Shown here: in pieces, positions 49,873 through 60,090 of the stretch
Layout: each line of letters starts with the position of its first letter
Numbering within the stretch: position 1 is the stretch's first letter
NCBI GenBank assembly: GCA_023251555.1
Contig: JAHEYN010000008.1
Location: 11,535-75,534, forward strand
DNA length: 64,000 nt
Origin: Bacteroidota bacterium
GTDB taxonomy: Bacteria > Bacteroidota > Bacteroidia > AKYH767-A > JAHEYN01
Direction of reading: 5' to 3'
The notes under the pieces: model-generated
Told to the model about the DNA's origin: nothing
Database searches by the model: none
Seen by the model: only the letters and a program-made list of their open reading frames with translations
Program-made: the position numbers and the translations under genes

Positions 49873-51792
49873 TTAATGGACAACAGCAACTTTCCTGAAT
49901 GTACTGAAGCCTGACGCCTTATCTTCTATCTTCAGGAAATACAGGCCGGCAGGAAGATTTCTTACATCCATAACAGCATTGCCCTTTGCATTGTATGATA
50001 ATACCAGGTTTCCTGCCAGATCATACAATCCGCTGCTGTACCTGTGTGCCGGAAACTCACCCGGCCCTGCATCTATCCTGATATAATCGCCAGAAGGGTT
50101 TGGAGACACCAGTATACTCCCGGAAGTTTCTTCCCTGGGAGACAAAAGCCCTGCATTCACATCCGGTGGCAGAGGCTCCCCGAAAACAGGACGTATCATC
50201 CACGATCCGGTTATGAGAGAATTATACCATACCCCCGCAATGTTATAAAACATATTGCCGGTAGAATTGGTGTTCCTGTCCAGTCCAATGTTCAGAAGGT
50301 CTTTTGTATTCTGAATCCAGCCTACATAGAATGGAGCTGTGATATACAAAGGTGTGTTAAACCTGTAAAAATAAAACCCGTTAAGGCTGTCGCGGTAATG
50401 CGGCCTCACCATGTCGCCGTCGAGGCTGTCCTGCTGGTAAATAATACTCCCGGGCTGCCCGCCGGCATCATTCCACACCACAAGTTTAAATGTGCGGTAA
50501 TAAACATTCACAAGCATCCTGTTGAAATACATATAAACCCCGCGGAGAGTGTCGGATTTCGCAGGACTGAAACGGTAAGCGATCATTCCTCCGATCACAT
50601 TCAGGCCGTACCCGTTCTCTGCAGTACCGTCATCATAGGCATAATAATCATAAAACTCCTGCCGGAACCGGACGGTATCATTCCATTTGTTGCTGGCGGG
50701 ATTGGAATTATCCCTGAGAACGTGCCTTATTTCAAAGTAAGCACTGTCAAGGGTATCAGCCGGGAAAACATAACTCACAGGAGGCGTTGCATGGGCGGGA
50801 TATTTATGATACCCGCTTGAATAGAAAGGTTCAATATTTTCCCCGCCGCCGTTATATGAATGAATATTGGCTCCGTTCACATCAAAAATATCAAATGCAT
50901 AACTAATGTTTTTGAGTGTATCACTCAGGTTGGAAATATAATTCCTGAGTGTATCTTTCATCTGTGCAGGGGGATTCTGCACAAAATGCCTCCATGGCAT
51001 CTGCCGGAAATTTTTGAGAAGCGGGCCGGTCTGGTAGGCAAAAGCAATATCATCCACAAGCGTATCATCAAAACTTCTGAGCCGGTCGAGGCGTACGTAA
51101 TCAACATTCCACTGGTCAACATTCCCGGAGATGGTAGCATAATTTTTAAACCTGAACTGGAAGCCTTTATAGAAGAGCGTACTGTCAGTTATGGGAATCA
51201 TGACTTCAGTAAATGACGAATCTGGTCCGACAGCCTTGCCCGGAATACTCCATATGTGCGTCCAGGCAGTGTCATTCACCCTGAACTCCAGCACAAGGGA
51301 GTCATCAGGGTCAGGAGCATTCCCTCTTCCCTGGGGCTGGTAAAAAAAGCTGAGGTAAACAGAGTCGGCGGGAGTCATTTTATTTCCCCCGAACGAATCC
51401 AGGCGAAGCGGCCTGGAGGTAAGATAATCAGCCACACCGTACGCATACACATTGGAAGAATCATAAGGCTGCCCAAGAGAATCAACCCCATCAAAGGTCG
51501 CCACACCGATAGTGGGAGGATGAACAGGATAATCTGTATTTATAAATACGCTGGTTCCCAGCCAGTAAGCGGTATCAGGATAAATACCTTCTTTTGAGAA
51601 ATCATCAGCAAGAGGAAGGGAGATAGTGTCTGTCACCCACGACTGCATTTTGTTCCAGCTGGCATTCTGCAGATTTTTGATGCCTATTGCCCGGTTAAAT
51701 CCGGCAGGAGACAATACTTCCTGGGCAAACAGGAATTGTCCGGCAGGAAAAAGCAGCAACAACAGATAGTATATTTTTTTATTCTTTCTCAC
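49873..51792 (-). CDS. T9SS type A cargo protein, conserved hypothetical
   Basis: Signal peptide, LPLADDFS, YYAYDDGTAE, WMIRPVFG, VSPNP...GLYFL...KVAVVH. Confidence 0.85.
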   Translation of the reverse strand: MRKNKKIYYLLLLLFPAGQFLFAQEVLSPAGFNRAIGIKNLQNASWNKMQSWVTDTISLPLADDFSKEGIYPDTAYWLGTSVFINTDYPVHPPTIGVATFDGVDSLGQPYDSSNVYAYGVADYLTSRPLRLDSFGGNKMTPADSVYLSFFYQPQGRGNAPDPDDSLVLEFRVNDTAWTHIWSIPGKAVGPDSSFTEVMIPITDSTLFYKGFQFRFKNYATISGNVDQWNVDYVRLDRLRSFDDTLVDDIAFAYQTGPLLKNFRQMPWRHFVQNPPAQMKDTLRNYISNLSDTLKNISYAFDIFDVNGANIHSYNGGGENIEPFYSSGYHKYPAHATPPVSYVFPADTLDSAYFEIRHVLRDNSNPASNKWNDTVRFRQEFYDYYAYDDGTAENGYGLNVIGGMIAYRFSPAKSDTLRGVYMYFNRMLVNVYYRTFKLVVWNDAGGQPGSIIYQQDSLDGDMVRPHYRDSLNGFYFYRFNTPLYITAPFYVGWIQNTKDLLNIGLDRNTNSTGNMFYNIAGVWYNSLITGSWMIRPVFGEPLPPDVNAGLLSPREETSGSILVSPNPSGDYIRIDAGPGEFPAHRYSSGLYDLAGNLVLSYNAKGNAVMDVRNLPAGLYFLKIEDKASGFSTFRKVAVVH

Positions 51793-52554
51793 TTATTTTT
51801 TTGATTGTGTAAGAAATAAGTCCACGGATTCCCCCTGGTTCAGAAGATTCTTCTTAGAAGGGGGAGGTATTTGTTTCCATACGACGGCTGAGGCCGTGTC
51901 CTTCACGGTTTCGTCTGCAATTACTGCTCCTTTGTTAAGTGAGGCTGACTTCAGCAGGGAAAGGGCTTCTTCATAGGTGAGGTTAACAAGTTCAGGCACC
52001 TCCACCTGTGTATCCCCAAGGCCGCTGCCAAGAATGAGGTCAATCACCGCCCCTTTGGGAATTTCCGCACCCGGTTTAATTTCACGGCCACGGTAAACCT
52101 GCTTCAGTACTGCGTTTTTTGCCATATCCGGTTTGTATACGAGCCCCCCAACCTTAAGCCCGTATGTCTGCAGGACAGCTGCAGCCTGACGATAGGAAAC
52201 ATCCACCAGGTTAGGCATCTTAACCTGGGGAGGAAGCATGGCATTTACAGTAAGGTAAATAGTGCGGTTTTCTTTGACTTTTGAACCTGCATCAGGAGAC
52301 TGCTCCACGACGGTACCCTTAAGCTTCAGGGCGCTATATACCGAATCTATAACCTCGAAACGCAGCTGCCGCCCCCCGAGGAAGTCCTTCACCCTTGCAG
52401 GTGTCATCCCCGTAAGGTCAGGAACAGTGATGGTTTGCCCGTGATGTGTATAACTGTCGAGCCACTTATATATATAAGCAAAAGATCCTGCGAACAGCAA
52501 CACAGCCACCAGCAGGTTGATCCAAAAAATTCTGCTTTTAAAAAATTCCATCAT
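51793..52554 (-). CDS. PASTA domain protein
   Basis: N-terminal TM and three PASTA repeats (VPDLTG, MPNLVD, VPELVN). Confidence 0.92.
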   Translation of the reverse strand: MMEFFKSRIFWINLLVAVLLFAGSFAYIYKWLDSYTHHGQTITVPDLTGMTPARVKDFLGGRQLRFEVIDSVYSALKLKGTVVEQSPDAGSKVKENRTIYLTVNAMLPPQVKMPNLVDVSYRQAAAVLQTYGLKVGGLVYKPDMAKNAVLKQVYRGREIKPGAEIPKGAVIDLILGSGLGDTQVEVPELVNLTYEEALSLLKSASLNKGAVIADETVKDTASAVVWKQIPPPSKKNLLNQGESVDLFLTQSKK

Positions 52555-52555
52555 A

Positions 52556-55267
52556 TCATTTTCCTTTTACCATTTTCCTCCGCATAAATCCATATTCGAG
52601 TATGCAGTCAATAAACTCATAAGGCTTGTAACCGCTGAGAGCACACTGGTGGAAAATACACGTGGCAGGTGTCATCCCGGGCAAAGAGTTTACTTCCACA
52701 AAAACAACTTCCACCTTCCTGGTGTTATATATCCTGACAAATGCGTCTATCCTCGCATAACCTTCAATGTGGAGGGTTTGTGCGGCACGCTTCAGTTCCT
52801 CCCTTACCCTGCCGGAAATTTCAAGGTTTTCTTTTTTGTCTTTCGCATAGCGTGCCGGGGTAATGTTCTGTCCTTCGCCCGCAAGAAATTTCTCCTCAAG
52901 GGAAAGTACATCTCCGCCTGAAAGGGCTTCTGATGGCTCAAAGATCTCATACTCAACCTTTCCGCCCGGTTTCATGCGGGTAAGCAATCCCCCGGTAATC
53001 TCCAGGAACCGGGAAGCACCCGAGGCGGTTATCAGCTCTTCTACCATATACCTGTCTTTCCGGGGAAATTCTTCATTCTGCTTAAGACCTAATGCTGCTG
53101 CATGTTTTCCGTCAGGAGCGCTGCCCCTGCGGAAAATGAGTTCTGAATAAGCGCGCAACTCCTCTGTATTATTGATCCTTTTTACAGCCGAGCTGCACCC
53201 GTCATCAAGGGGTTTGGCAATAAAAGGGAACGCAAAAGACCGGCTGATATTTTTCACAGTCTGTTGTTTATCCTTATGCCACTCCTGTTCACTGACAATC
53301 ATGTGGTTTGCTACCATAAAACCTTTTGCCCTGAGTATTTCATTGGTTTCATACTTGTTGATGGTAACAGCAGAGGCGGCAGGCCCTGAACCATTATAGG
53401 CCATGCCGGTTTTTTCAAGACTGGACTGTACAACGCCATCCTCTCCCGGGCGGCCATGAAGGGCTACAAAAGCTCCGTCTGCCATCTTTGCCAACCCGCT
53501 GTATGAGATTTTCCTCGGGGCAAGGAGGTTGGATGCAGAAGCATACTTTCCTGTTATCCCCGCACATTCCTTTATAGTTTTTTTGACAACGGGATGAATA
53601 CGGAAGCTGTTTATCTTATCGCGGATATCATCAGCATTATCCTTCAGCAGGATATTCACCGGGATTGTGTACAGCTCATGGCCTGCTTTATTTCCCATAA
53701 CATATACGGGAACAGGTTCATATTTGTCAGAGGAAGAAAGTTTCTCGTAAACATTCCGGCCGCTTTCCACGGAGATATGGCGCTCGGAAGAATAACCTCC
53801 GAGAAGCACTGCTATTTTACGCCTTCCTGAATTTCCTGTACGGAGCTTCTCTATGCCTTCGTCCAGCCTGCGGAGCAAAGAAGGGAGCTCAGCGTAATTT
53901 TTAAAATCAGAAATGCGTTCGGCAAGGGAGGAACGTATGATAAATGTAAGAAACTGTGAAGGGTTAAGCCCGATCTCAGCAGCCTGGTGAAAGAAAAAGG
54001 AAGAAGGCATCATCCCGGATGTGGTATTGGGATCATTGAGGTAAACTTTTCCGGCCCGCGAGATAAACCCATCTATCCGGGCATATACATTAAAGTTAAA
54101 ATGTTCAAACAGGTGGCAGCACTCACTGCGTATCTTTTCTATCCCGGCCAACGAAAGACTGATAGGCGTTACCTTGCGTGCAAGGCCTGGAAGGTATTTG
54201 GACCGATAATCAAAAAATTTACCTCCTTTCAGGATTTCCGTGGGAGGAAGAGCGACAGGAACACCCTTATCCCCTTGGATGACTATACATGAAAATTCCC
54301 TGCCTTCAATGAAACTTTCTATTAGGACTTCACTTTCCCCTTCGGCCGCAGACACAAGCATACCGGAGTGTGATTTTGAAAAATGAGAAGTAAGATATTT
54401 TAACAATTCTTCCGGGTGAAATATTCTTTCCCCATCTTCTCCTCCATGAAGCGTACAAACAACGGGGGTGCCAATCCCGTTACGGATATCGACAAGATCT
54501 CTCAGCAGTTCTACCTGACCCCGGCGGTTCGCAGCTTCCCATTGCCTGCGGGTGATAAAGCGAATAAAGAATGCCCGGTTAACAGCTTCGCAAAACTGAT
54601 CATAATCCGCAGCTTCCAGCACACTGACCCCCACAGAGGATCCCTGGTTAGCAGGCTTGACAACACAATGCCTGCGCAAACGCCGGTCGTTCGTGAAAAG
54701 ATTAAATTGCCTGCGCGGATTTTCCATCCATTCTTTCCGCCGGATTATTCTGAAAGAAGGTATCTCAAAACCTGCGTCAGCCATAAGTTTTTTCTGTACT
54801 GCCTTATTCATCCCGAAAGCCGAAGGTGCAATTCCCGACCCGGAATACGGTATCCCGAAGTACTCCAGCAATCCCTGTATGCGCCCATCCTCCCCGGAGG
54901 TTCCGTGAAGGCAGAGAAAAGCAAAATCAATCAAAGACTTCAATGCAGAAGGTTCTGTTTTTTTACCGAGAGAAGCAATTAAGTCAGACTGCCGGGAATC
55001 CGGAAGATTGCCAAGACTCTCGGCATAAACCTGAAACCCAGAGGGGGAAGGGGGAACAAACTCAACGGGGGGATAAAAATCACGGATACTTCCTTTATAT
55101 ATGTATTGCCAGTCAAGAAGAATAAAATTCCCAAAGGAGTCAACAAAGAGCGGGACAGGTTCGAATAGGTTTTTATTGAGATTGTCGTAAACAGTCCGCC
55201 CTCCGGCAAAAGAGATTTCCCGCTCCTTCGATGAGCCCCCGAAAATAATCCCGACTTTGATTTTCAT
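52556..55267 (-). CDS. ddl: Tandem (double) D-alanine--D-alanine ligase family protein
   Basis: Two full ATP-grasp Ddl modules: GGSSKEREIS/LHGTSGEDG/ARIDGF and GGYSSERHIS/LHGRPGEDG/ARIDAF/EVNSLPGMT. Confidence 0.9.
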   Translation of the reverse strand: MKIKVGIIFGGSSKEREISFAGGRTVYDNLNKNLFEPVPLFVDSFGNFILLDWQYIYKGSIRDFYPPVEFVPPSPSGFQVYAESLGNLPDSRQSDLIASLGKKTEPSALKSLIDFAFLCLHGTSGEDGRIQGLLEYFGIPYSGSGIAPSAFGMNKAVQKKLMADAGFEIPSFRIIRRKEWMENPRRQFNLFTNDRRLRRHCVVKPANQGSSVGVSVLEAADYDQFCEAVNRAFFIRFITRRQWEAANRRGQVELLRDLVDIRNGIGTPVVCTLHGGEDGERIFHPEELLKYLTSHFSKSHSGMLVSAAEGESEVLIESFIEGREFSCIVIQGDKGVPVALPPTEILKGGKFFDYRSKYLPGLARKVTPISLSLAGIEKIRSECCHLFEHFNFNVYARIDGFISRAGKVYLNDPNTTSGMMPSSFFFHQAAEIGLNPSQFLTFIIRSSLAERISDFKNYAELPSLLRRLDEGIEKLRTGNSGRRKIAVLLGGYSSERHISVESGRNVYEKLSSSDKYEPVPVYVMGNKAGHELYTIPVNILLKDNADDIRDKINSFRIHPVVKKTIKECAGITGKYASASNLLAPRKISYSGLAKMADGAFVALHGRPGEDGVVQSSLEKTGMAYNGSGPAASAVTINKYETNEILRAKGFMVANHMIVSEQEWHKDKQQTVKNISRSFAFPFIAKPLDDGCSSAVKRINNTEELRAYSELIFRRGSAPDGKHAAALGLKQNEEFPRKDRYMVEELITASGASRFLEITGGLLTRMKPGGKVEYEIFEPSEALSGGDVLSLEEKFLAGEGQNITPARYAKDKKENLEISGRVREELKRAAQTLHIEGYARIDAFVRIYNTRKVEVVFVEVNSLPGMTPATCIFHQCALSGYKPYEFIDCILEYGFMRRKMVKGK

Positions 55268-55293
55268 ACCCCGCAAAAGTAAATAATTTTGAC

Positions 55294-55878
55294 TCAAGGA
55301 CGGGCATGCAGATTCAAACAGGAGGATAAAGCAGTGAGTGCCCTGAAACGATGACTGATACTGTTTTTCTGTGCCGGTGCCATTTCCGCAAAAGTGCAGG
55401 TATATCCATCCGGCTGAAAAATGCTGTCGTATCCAAAGCCCTCTCCCCCTTTTGGAGCTTTCACAATAATTCCGCCCACAGATCCCTCGAAAAAGCGAGT
55501 GCTCCCCCCTGTGACAAGTGCTATTATTGTGCGAAACACCGCTTTCCTGTTTCTCTTTTCCCGCATTTCATAAAGAAGCTTCCTTATATTGGCCTGTGCA
55601 TCGGCCTCCGGGCCCGCATACCTTGCGGAATAAACCCCGGGAGCTCCGTTCAGAGCTTCCACCTCAAGGCCTGTATCATCTGAAAAGCAATCAACATTGT
55701 ATTTATTATGGAGGTACTTCGCTTTTTCCATTGCGTTTTCCCGAAGCGTAATCCCATTTTCCGGAAGCACATCCATACAACCAATATCACGAAGGGATAG
55801 CACTCTTATTTCCCTCCCAAGTATCTCCTCTGCCTCCCTGAGCTTATATGCATTATTCGTGGCAAAAACCAATTCCAT
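55294..55878 (-). CDS. rdgB: Non-canonical purine NTP pyrophosphatase (RdgB/HAM1)
   Basis: FATNN, DDTGL, PGVYSARYAG, GFGYD, SHR. Confidence 0.95.
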   Translation of the reverse strand: MELVFATNNAYKLREAEEILGREIRVLSLRDIGCMDVLPENGITLRENAMEKAKYLHNKYNVDCFSDDTGLEVEALNGAPGVYSARYAGPEADAQANIRKLLYEMREKRNRKAVFRTIIALVTGGSTRFFEGSVGGIIVKAPKGGEGFGYDSIFQPDGYTCTFAEMAPAQKNSISHRFRALTALSSCLNLHARP

Positions 55879-55929
55879 CGCTGTAATTTATATTTTATTA
55901 TCTTTGTAAACCTGACCTTATTCTACGTT

Positions 55930-58900
55930 ATGCAGAATACAAAAGTGCAAAAAATACTGACGGGAACCCTCCTTCTTTTCATGGCGGCTGATGCATACAG
56001 CCAGTGTCCAAACGCAAATTTTACCAAACCGTCCGGGGCTTTCTGCGCAGGGCAGAATCTCAACCTTACCAACACATCCTCCGGAGCCACTCATTACGAG
56101 TGGGATTTCTGCGCCGGGGATTTCAGCGCTGCACCAAAAGATACTTCATTTGGAAGTTTTTCGGCACAAATGACCAATCCTATTTCCCTGTCGCTGTATA
56201 AGGACGGAAACCAGTGGTTCGGATGCTCTTCCAATGCGGGAGATAAATCTGTCACATTGCTCGACTTTGGCAACACTCCCGGCAACACTCCTACCGTCAT
56301 TAATTTTTTTAACCCTGCAGTCTCCTCCGTGGAATGTAACATGATCCTCTACAAAGAAGCGGGGAACTGGTATGGCCTTATCCCGGAGAGGCAGAGCGGA
56401 AACCTGTTCAGGTTCGACTTTGGAAATTCTTTAAGTAACTCCCCTACTGCAAACAACGTTTTGGGCGGGCTCTCAAAAATCTATTATCATGATTTGGCCG
56501 TTGATAGCGGAAATGTCTGTTTGGTGATGCTGAGTGATGTTTCAAAACAAGTACAGGTGGTAAGTTTCGGAAATTCCATTCTGAACAGCCCTACCCTTGT
56601 TTCAACCATCCCTGTTGGACCAACCACAGGCGGTATTTATGGAATTAAAGCTGTAAAAGCATGTGACTCCTGGTATGCTTTTGCTCCTGATTTCGGAGAT
56701 AATTATGCTACCACAAACAGTTTTATTTTCCGGTTAAAGTTCGGGACCTCGCTCAGTAACCCCTCCCCTCAGATAGACACAATACACACATCCTTCATCA
56801 ATGGCTCCATCGGGATAGATATCGGTTATGACGGCAAGGGGTGGAATGCCTTCGTACCGAGTTATTATGGCAGGTCTCTTACCAGGCTTGACTTTGGAAA
56901 CTCTCTTGATAATGCTCCCGCAGCATATGATCTGGGCCATTTGGGTTTTGGGGCACGGGACTTTGTTTCACTGGCCTTTTCGAACTCGGATTATTATGTT
57001 TTTATGCCTTACTATGAAAACAGCGGCTTTTCCAGAATTAAATTTTCTCAGTGCAACGATTTGAATGAAGCTATTGATACAGTGACTTCCCCCTCCGGAG
57101 TACAGTATGCAGACGGTGGCTGGCACAACATATTGCTGCGTGCTTATGATGATTACGGTAACGTAGGATTTAAGTTAGACAGCATCAATGTTGTTGAATC
57201 CCCGGGCACAGACTACACAAACTCCAACACCTTTTGCCTTGGGGAAAGTATTACGTTTTCTGATGCAAGCAAATTTGTTTCAAGCGCTATCCTTACCTGG
57301 CAATGGGACTTCGGCGACGGCTCCCCTCCCGATAACTCACAGAACCCCCCGGCACACACATACGCAGACACAGGCCTTTACAATGTGTCCCTCACTGCAG
57401 CCAACGTGGATGGGTGCAGTAAAACTATAGTGAAAACTATAGGTGTGTACAAAGTGCCGGATGCGGATTTTACCTATACCAATAACACCTGTGCCGGGTC
57501 TGACGTGGTGTTTACCGATTTATCCAGCGTAGCCGGCAGCAACATCGTTTCATGGCAATGGGATTTTGGCGACGGGCAAACGTCCTCTCTCCAAAGCCCC
57601 ACACATGCCTATGCTTCCGGAAATACCACTTACAACGTGATTCTTACCGTGCAGACAGACCATGGATGCTCCGCTGTAAGCACAACCAAGATTGTAAATA
57701 TCCTCCCGACACCCGTTGTGGGATTTAAACTTCAGAATACCTGCGCCGGCGGAACAGTGCAGTTTACAGACACATCTTCAATTCCTTCTCCTTATACCAT
57801 AACCGCCTATTCCTGGGATTTCGGCGACGGGTCGCCCATAGATAATTCGCAAAACCCATCCCACCAGTTTCCTGCTGTAGCCGGAACTTACAATGTGGTT
57901 TTTAAAATTACCGCAAGCGATGGTTGTACCGACAGCGCCACCATACCTGTTACCATCACCGATCCTCCCCTGGTTGACTTTTCCTTCCCGGGAACCGTAT
58001 GCGACAGGAGTCCCATGCTTTTTACAGATGAATCTTCCGGTTCAGGCAACCTTTATGCATGGAACTGGGACTTCGGAGATCCCGCCAGCGGAAGCGCCAA
58101 CACTTCGACTGACCAGCAACCTTATCACACCTTCACAGGCGCCGGTACTTATAATGTCACCCTTAATGTAACTATGGAAACCGACTGCCAGGGGAGCCTC
58201 ACCCTCCCCGTAACAGTGATACAGGGTCCTACTGCAATCATAAAAACTTCCTCTGTTTGCCAAGGAACAGTATCTTATTTCTATTCCGACTCAAGCCTTA
58301 CTCCGGGAGGAACATCCATTGTCGGGTATTTATGGGACTTCGGGGATGGGACAGGAACCTCCTCCGCAAAAAATCCAACCTACCTGTATGCCTCTCAGGG
58401 TGGATATAACGTAAAATTAACTGTCACAAATAACCAGGGCTGCTCGCATGACACCACTCTTCTTTACCTGGTGCACCCCATGCCTCATGCATCCTACACT
58501 TACAATGCACCTTTGTGCGACAAACAAACTGAACAGTTTACCGGAGCTTCTGACTATCCCTACATCATTAAGTGGGCATGGAATTTTGGTGATCCGGCAA
58601 GCGGGACCAACAACACTTCATCTCTGCAAAATCCATCGCATAAATTCACAGGAGGCCCCGGAAATTATGTGGTTTCACTTACAATCACATCGCTTGACTC
58701 CTGTGTAAATACCTACAGCAGTTCCTTAACAGTCTATGGCTCCCCCACACCCGATTTCAATGTCTCGAAAGCCTGCGACGGGCAGCTTGTTTATTTCGAC
58801 TGCAAACAGATTGGCCTCTGGTCATGGAACTTCGGTGATCCCGCCTCCGGTGCATCCAACTTCTCGGCACTCCAGCTGCCCTATCATAAATTTACAAAAG

Positions 58901-60060
58901 CCGGTACTTACCTGGTATCTCTCTCGCTCTCCAATGCCGACGGCTGTGATTCGACAATTGTGAAACAGGTTTCGGTAGACCCCGTCCCCGTTGCGTATTT
59001 CACCGATACCGCCGTCTGCCTGAATGTACCGCATGTCTTTACCGACAAAAGCTCTGTCTCTTCCGGATTTATCTCGGACTGGGTATGGGACTTCGGCAAC
59101 GGGAATACCTCTACCCAGCAGAATCCTCTGTTTACTTTCGCTGATACACTTGTGCATAATGTAAAATTAACCGTTACAAGCTTTGTGGGATGCTCTTCCT
59201 CCATTACAATGAAAGTTAAAGCTTATGAGATCCCTCTCGCCAACTTCACATTCACCCCGCCTTCAGGACCCTCAAGGACAGTAACCTTCACAAATAAATC
59301 AACCGGATCGGTGGCATACTCCTGGGACTTCGGCGATGGCTCCCAGAGTAACTCCATACACCCCCAGCACTCATACAGTCAGGAAGGCGATTATACCGTC
59401 TGCCTTACAGCTATTGGGCCTGTCCCGGGTAAGTGTACAGACACAGTGTGCAAGTTTATACAGGTCAGGCCTCCCTTGCTGGATGCCGCAGTCACGCAGG
59501 TAACCAGTTCCATGAACAACAATAACAACACGCTTGCTGTCAGCGCCATTATCGCCAACAACGGGACGCTGGAAATAACAAACTGTGAAGTTTATGCCGA
59601 ACTCAGTGATGGTTCTTCCCTGACAGAATATATAACCATCCCCATCCCAAGCCCCGGAAACCTTAGCTACAACTTTAATGCATCCTTCGAAATCAACCCG
59701 AACAAAAATTATGATTACGTATGCGTGACAGTTAAAAACCCCAATAACAAAGGTCTCGATGACCTCCCTCTGAATGATGAGGAGTGCAAGCCCCTTTCTT
59801 CGGATTTCAGCGTGCTGGAACCCTATCCCAATCCATCAAAAGGAGAAGTGCTGATACAATATGTCCTCCCTTCAAAAGATAATGTATCCCTCATTTTATA
59901 TGACCAGATCGGACGAAAGGCAATGATAGTGTATGAGGGTACCGGTGCCAAAGGGCTCAACCAGATTACATTCAACGCAGAAAATCTCGATGCGGCCTCC
60001 TACGAACTGAGGGTTACCTTCAAGAACAAATTTATCGTTAAGCGCCTCTATAAAAACTAA
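55930..60060 (+). CDS. PKD-repeat T9SS surface protein
   Basis: N-terminal FGNSLxNxP repeats, nine W(D/N)FG(D/N) PKD domains, PYPNP CTD; TATCTTTG at 55899-55906. Confidence 0.9.
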   Translation: MQNTKVQKILTGTLLLFMAADAYSQCPNANFTKPSGAFCAGQNLNLTNTSSGATHYEWDFCAGDFSAAPKDTSFGSFSAQMTNPISLSLYKDGNQWFGCSSNAGDKSVTLLDFGNTPGNTPTVINFFNPAVSSVECNMILYKEAGNWYGLIPERQSGNLFRFDFGNSLSNSPTANNVLGGLSKIYYHDLAVDSGNVCLVMLSDVSKQVQVVSFGNSILNSPTLVSTIPVGPTTGGIYGIKAVKACDSWYAFAPDFGDNYATTNSFIFRLKFGTSLSNPSPQIDTIHTSFINGSIGIDIGYDGKGWNAFVPSYYGRSLTRLDFGNSLDNAPAAYDLGHLGFGARDFVSLAFSNSDYYVFMPYYENSGFSRIKFSQCNDLNEAIDTVTSPSGVQYADGGWHNILLRAYDDYGNVGFKLDSINVVESPGTDYTNSNTFCLGESITFSDASKFVSSAILTWQWDFGDGSPPDNSQNPPAHTYADTGLYNVSLTAANVDGCSKTIVKTIGVYKVPDADFTYTNNTCAGSDVVFTDLSSVAGSNIVSWQWDFGDGQTSSLQSPTHAYASGNTTYNVILTVQTDHGCSAVSTTKIVNILPTPVVGFKLQNTCAGGTVQFTDTSSIPSPYTITAYSWDFGDGSPIDNSQNPSHQFPAVAGTYNVVFKITASDGCTDSATIPVTITDPPLVDFSFPGTVCDRSPMLFTDESSGSGNLYAWNWDFGDPASGSANTSTDQQPYHTFTGAGTYNVTLNVTMETDCQGSLTLPVTVIQGPTAIIKTSSVCQGTVSYFYSDSSLTPGGTSIVGYLWDFGDGTGTSSAKNPTYLYASQGGYNVKLTVTNNQGCSHDTTLLYLVHPMPHASYTYNAPLCDKQTEQFTGASDYPYIIKWAWNFGDPASGTNNTSSLQNPSHKFTGGPGNYVVSLTITSLDSCVNTYSSSLTVYGSPTPDFNVSKACDGQLVYFDCKQIGLWSWNFGDPASGASNFSALQLPYHKFTKAGTYLVSLSLSNADGCDSTIVKQVSVDPVPVAYFTDTAVCLNVPHVFTDKSSVSSGFISDWVWDFGNGNTSTQQNPLFTFADTLVHNVKLTVTSFVGCSSSITMKVKAYEIPLANFTFTPPSGPSRTVTFTNKSTGSVAYSWDFGDGSQSNSIHPQHSYSQEGDYTVCLTAIGPVPGKCTDTVCKFIQVRPPLLDAAVTQVTSSMNNNNNTLAVSAIIANNGTLEITNCEVYAELSDGSSLTEYITIPIPSPGNLSYNFNASFEINPNKNYDYVCVTVKNPNNKGLDDLPLNDEECKPLSSDFSVLEPYPNPSKGEVLIQYVLPSKDNVSLILYDQIGRKAMIVYEGTGAKGLNQITFNAENLDAASYELRVTFKNKFIVKRLYKN

Positions 60061-60065
60061 CGGCT

Positions 60066-60085
60066 TTTCCCCGGCTGCCGGGAAA
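60066..60085 (+). terminator. Hairpin after PKD gene (weak terminator or processing site)
   Basis: TTTCCCCGGC-T-GCCGGGAAA followed by CTTTT. Confidence 0.45.
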
Positions 60086-60090
60086 CTTTT

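Noticed and set aside
50044-50820. 258-aa plus-strand ORF
   Set aside because: Antisense to a well-supported T9SS gene with no recognisable domain
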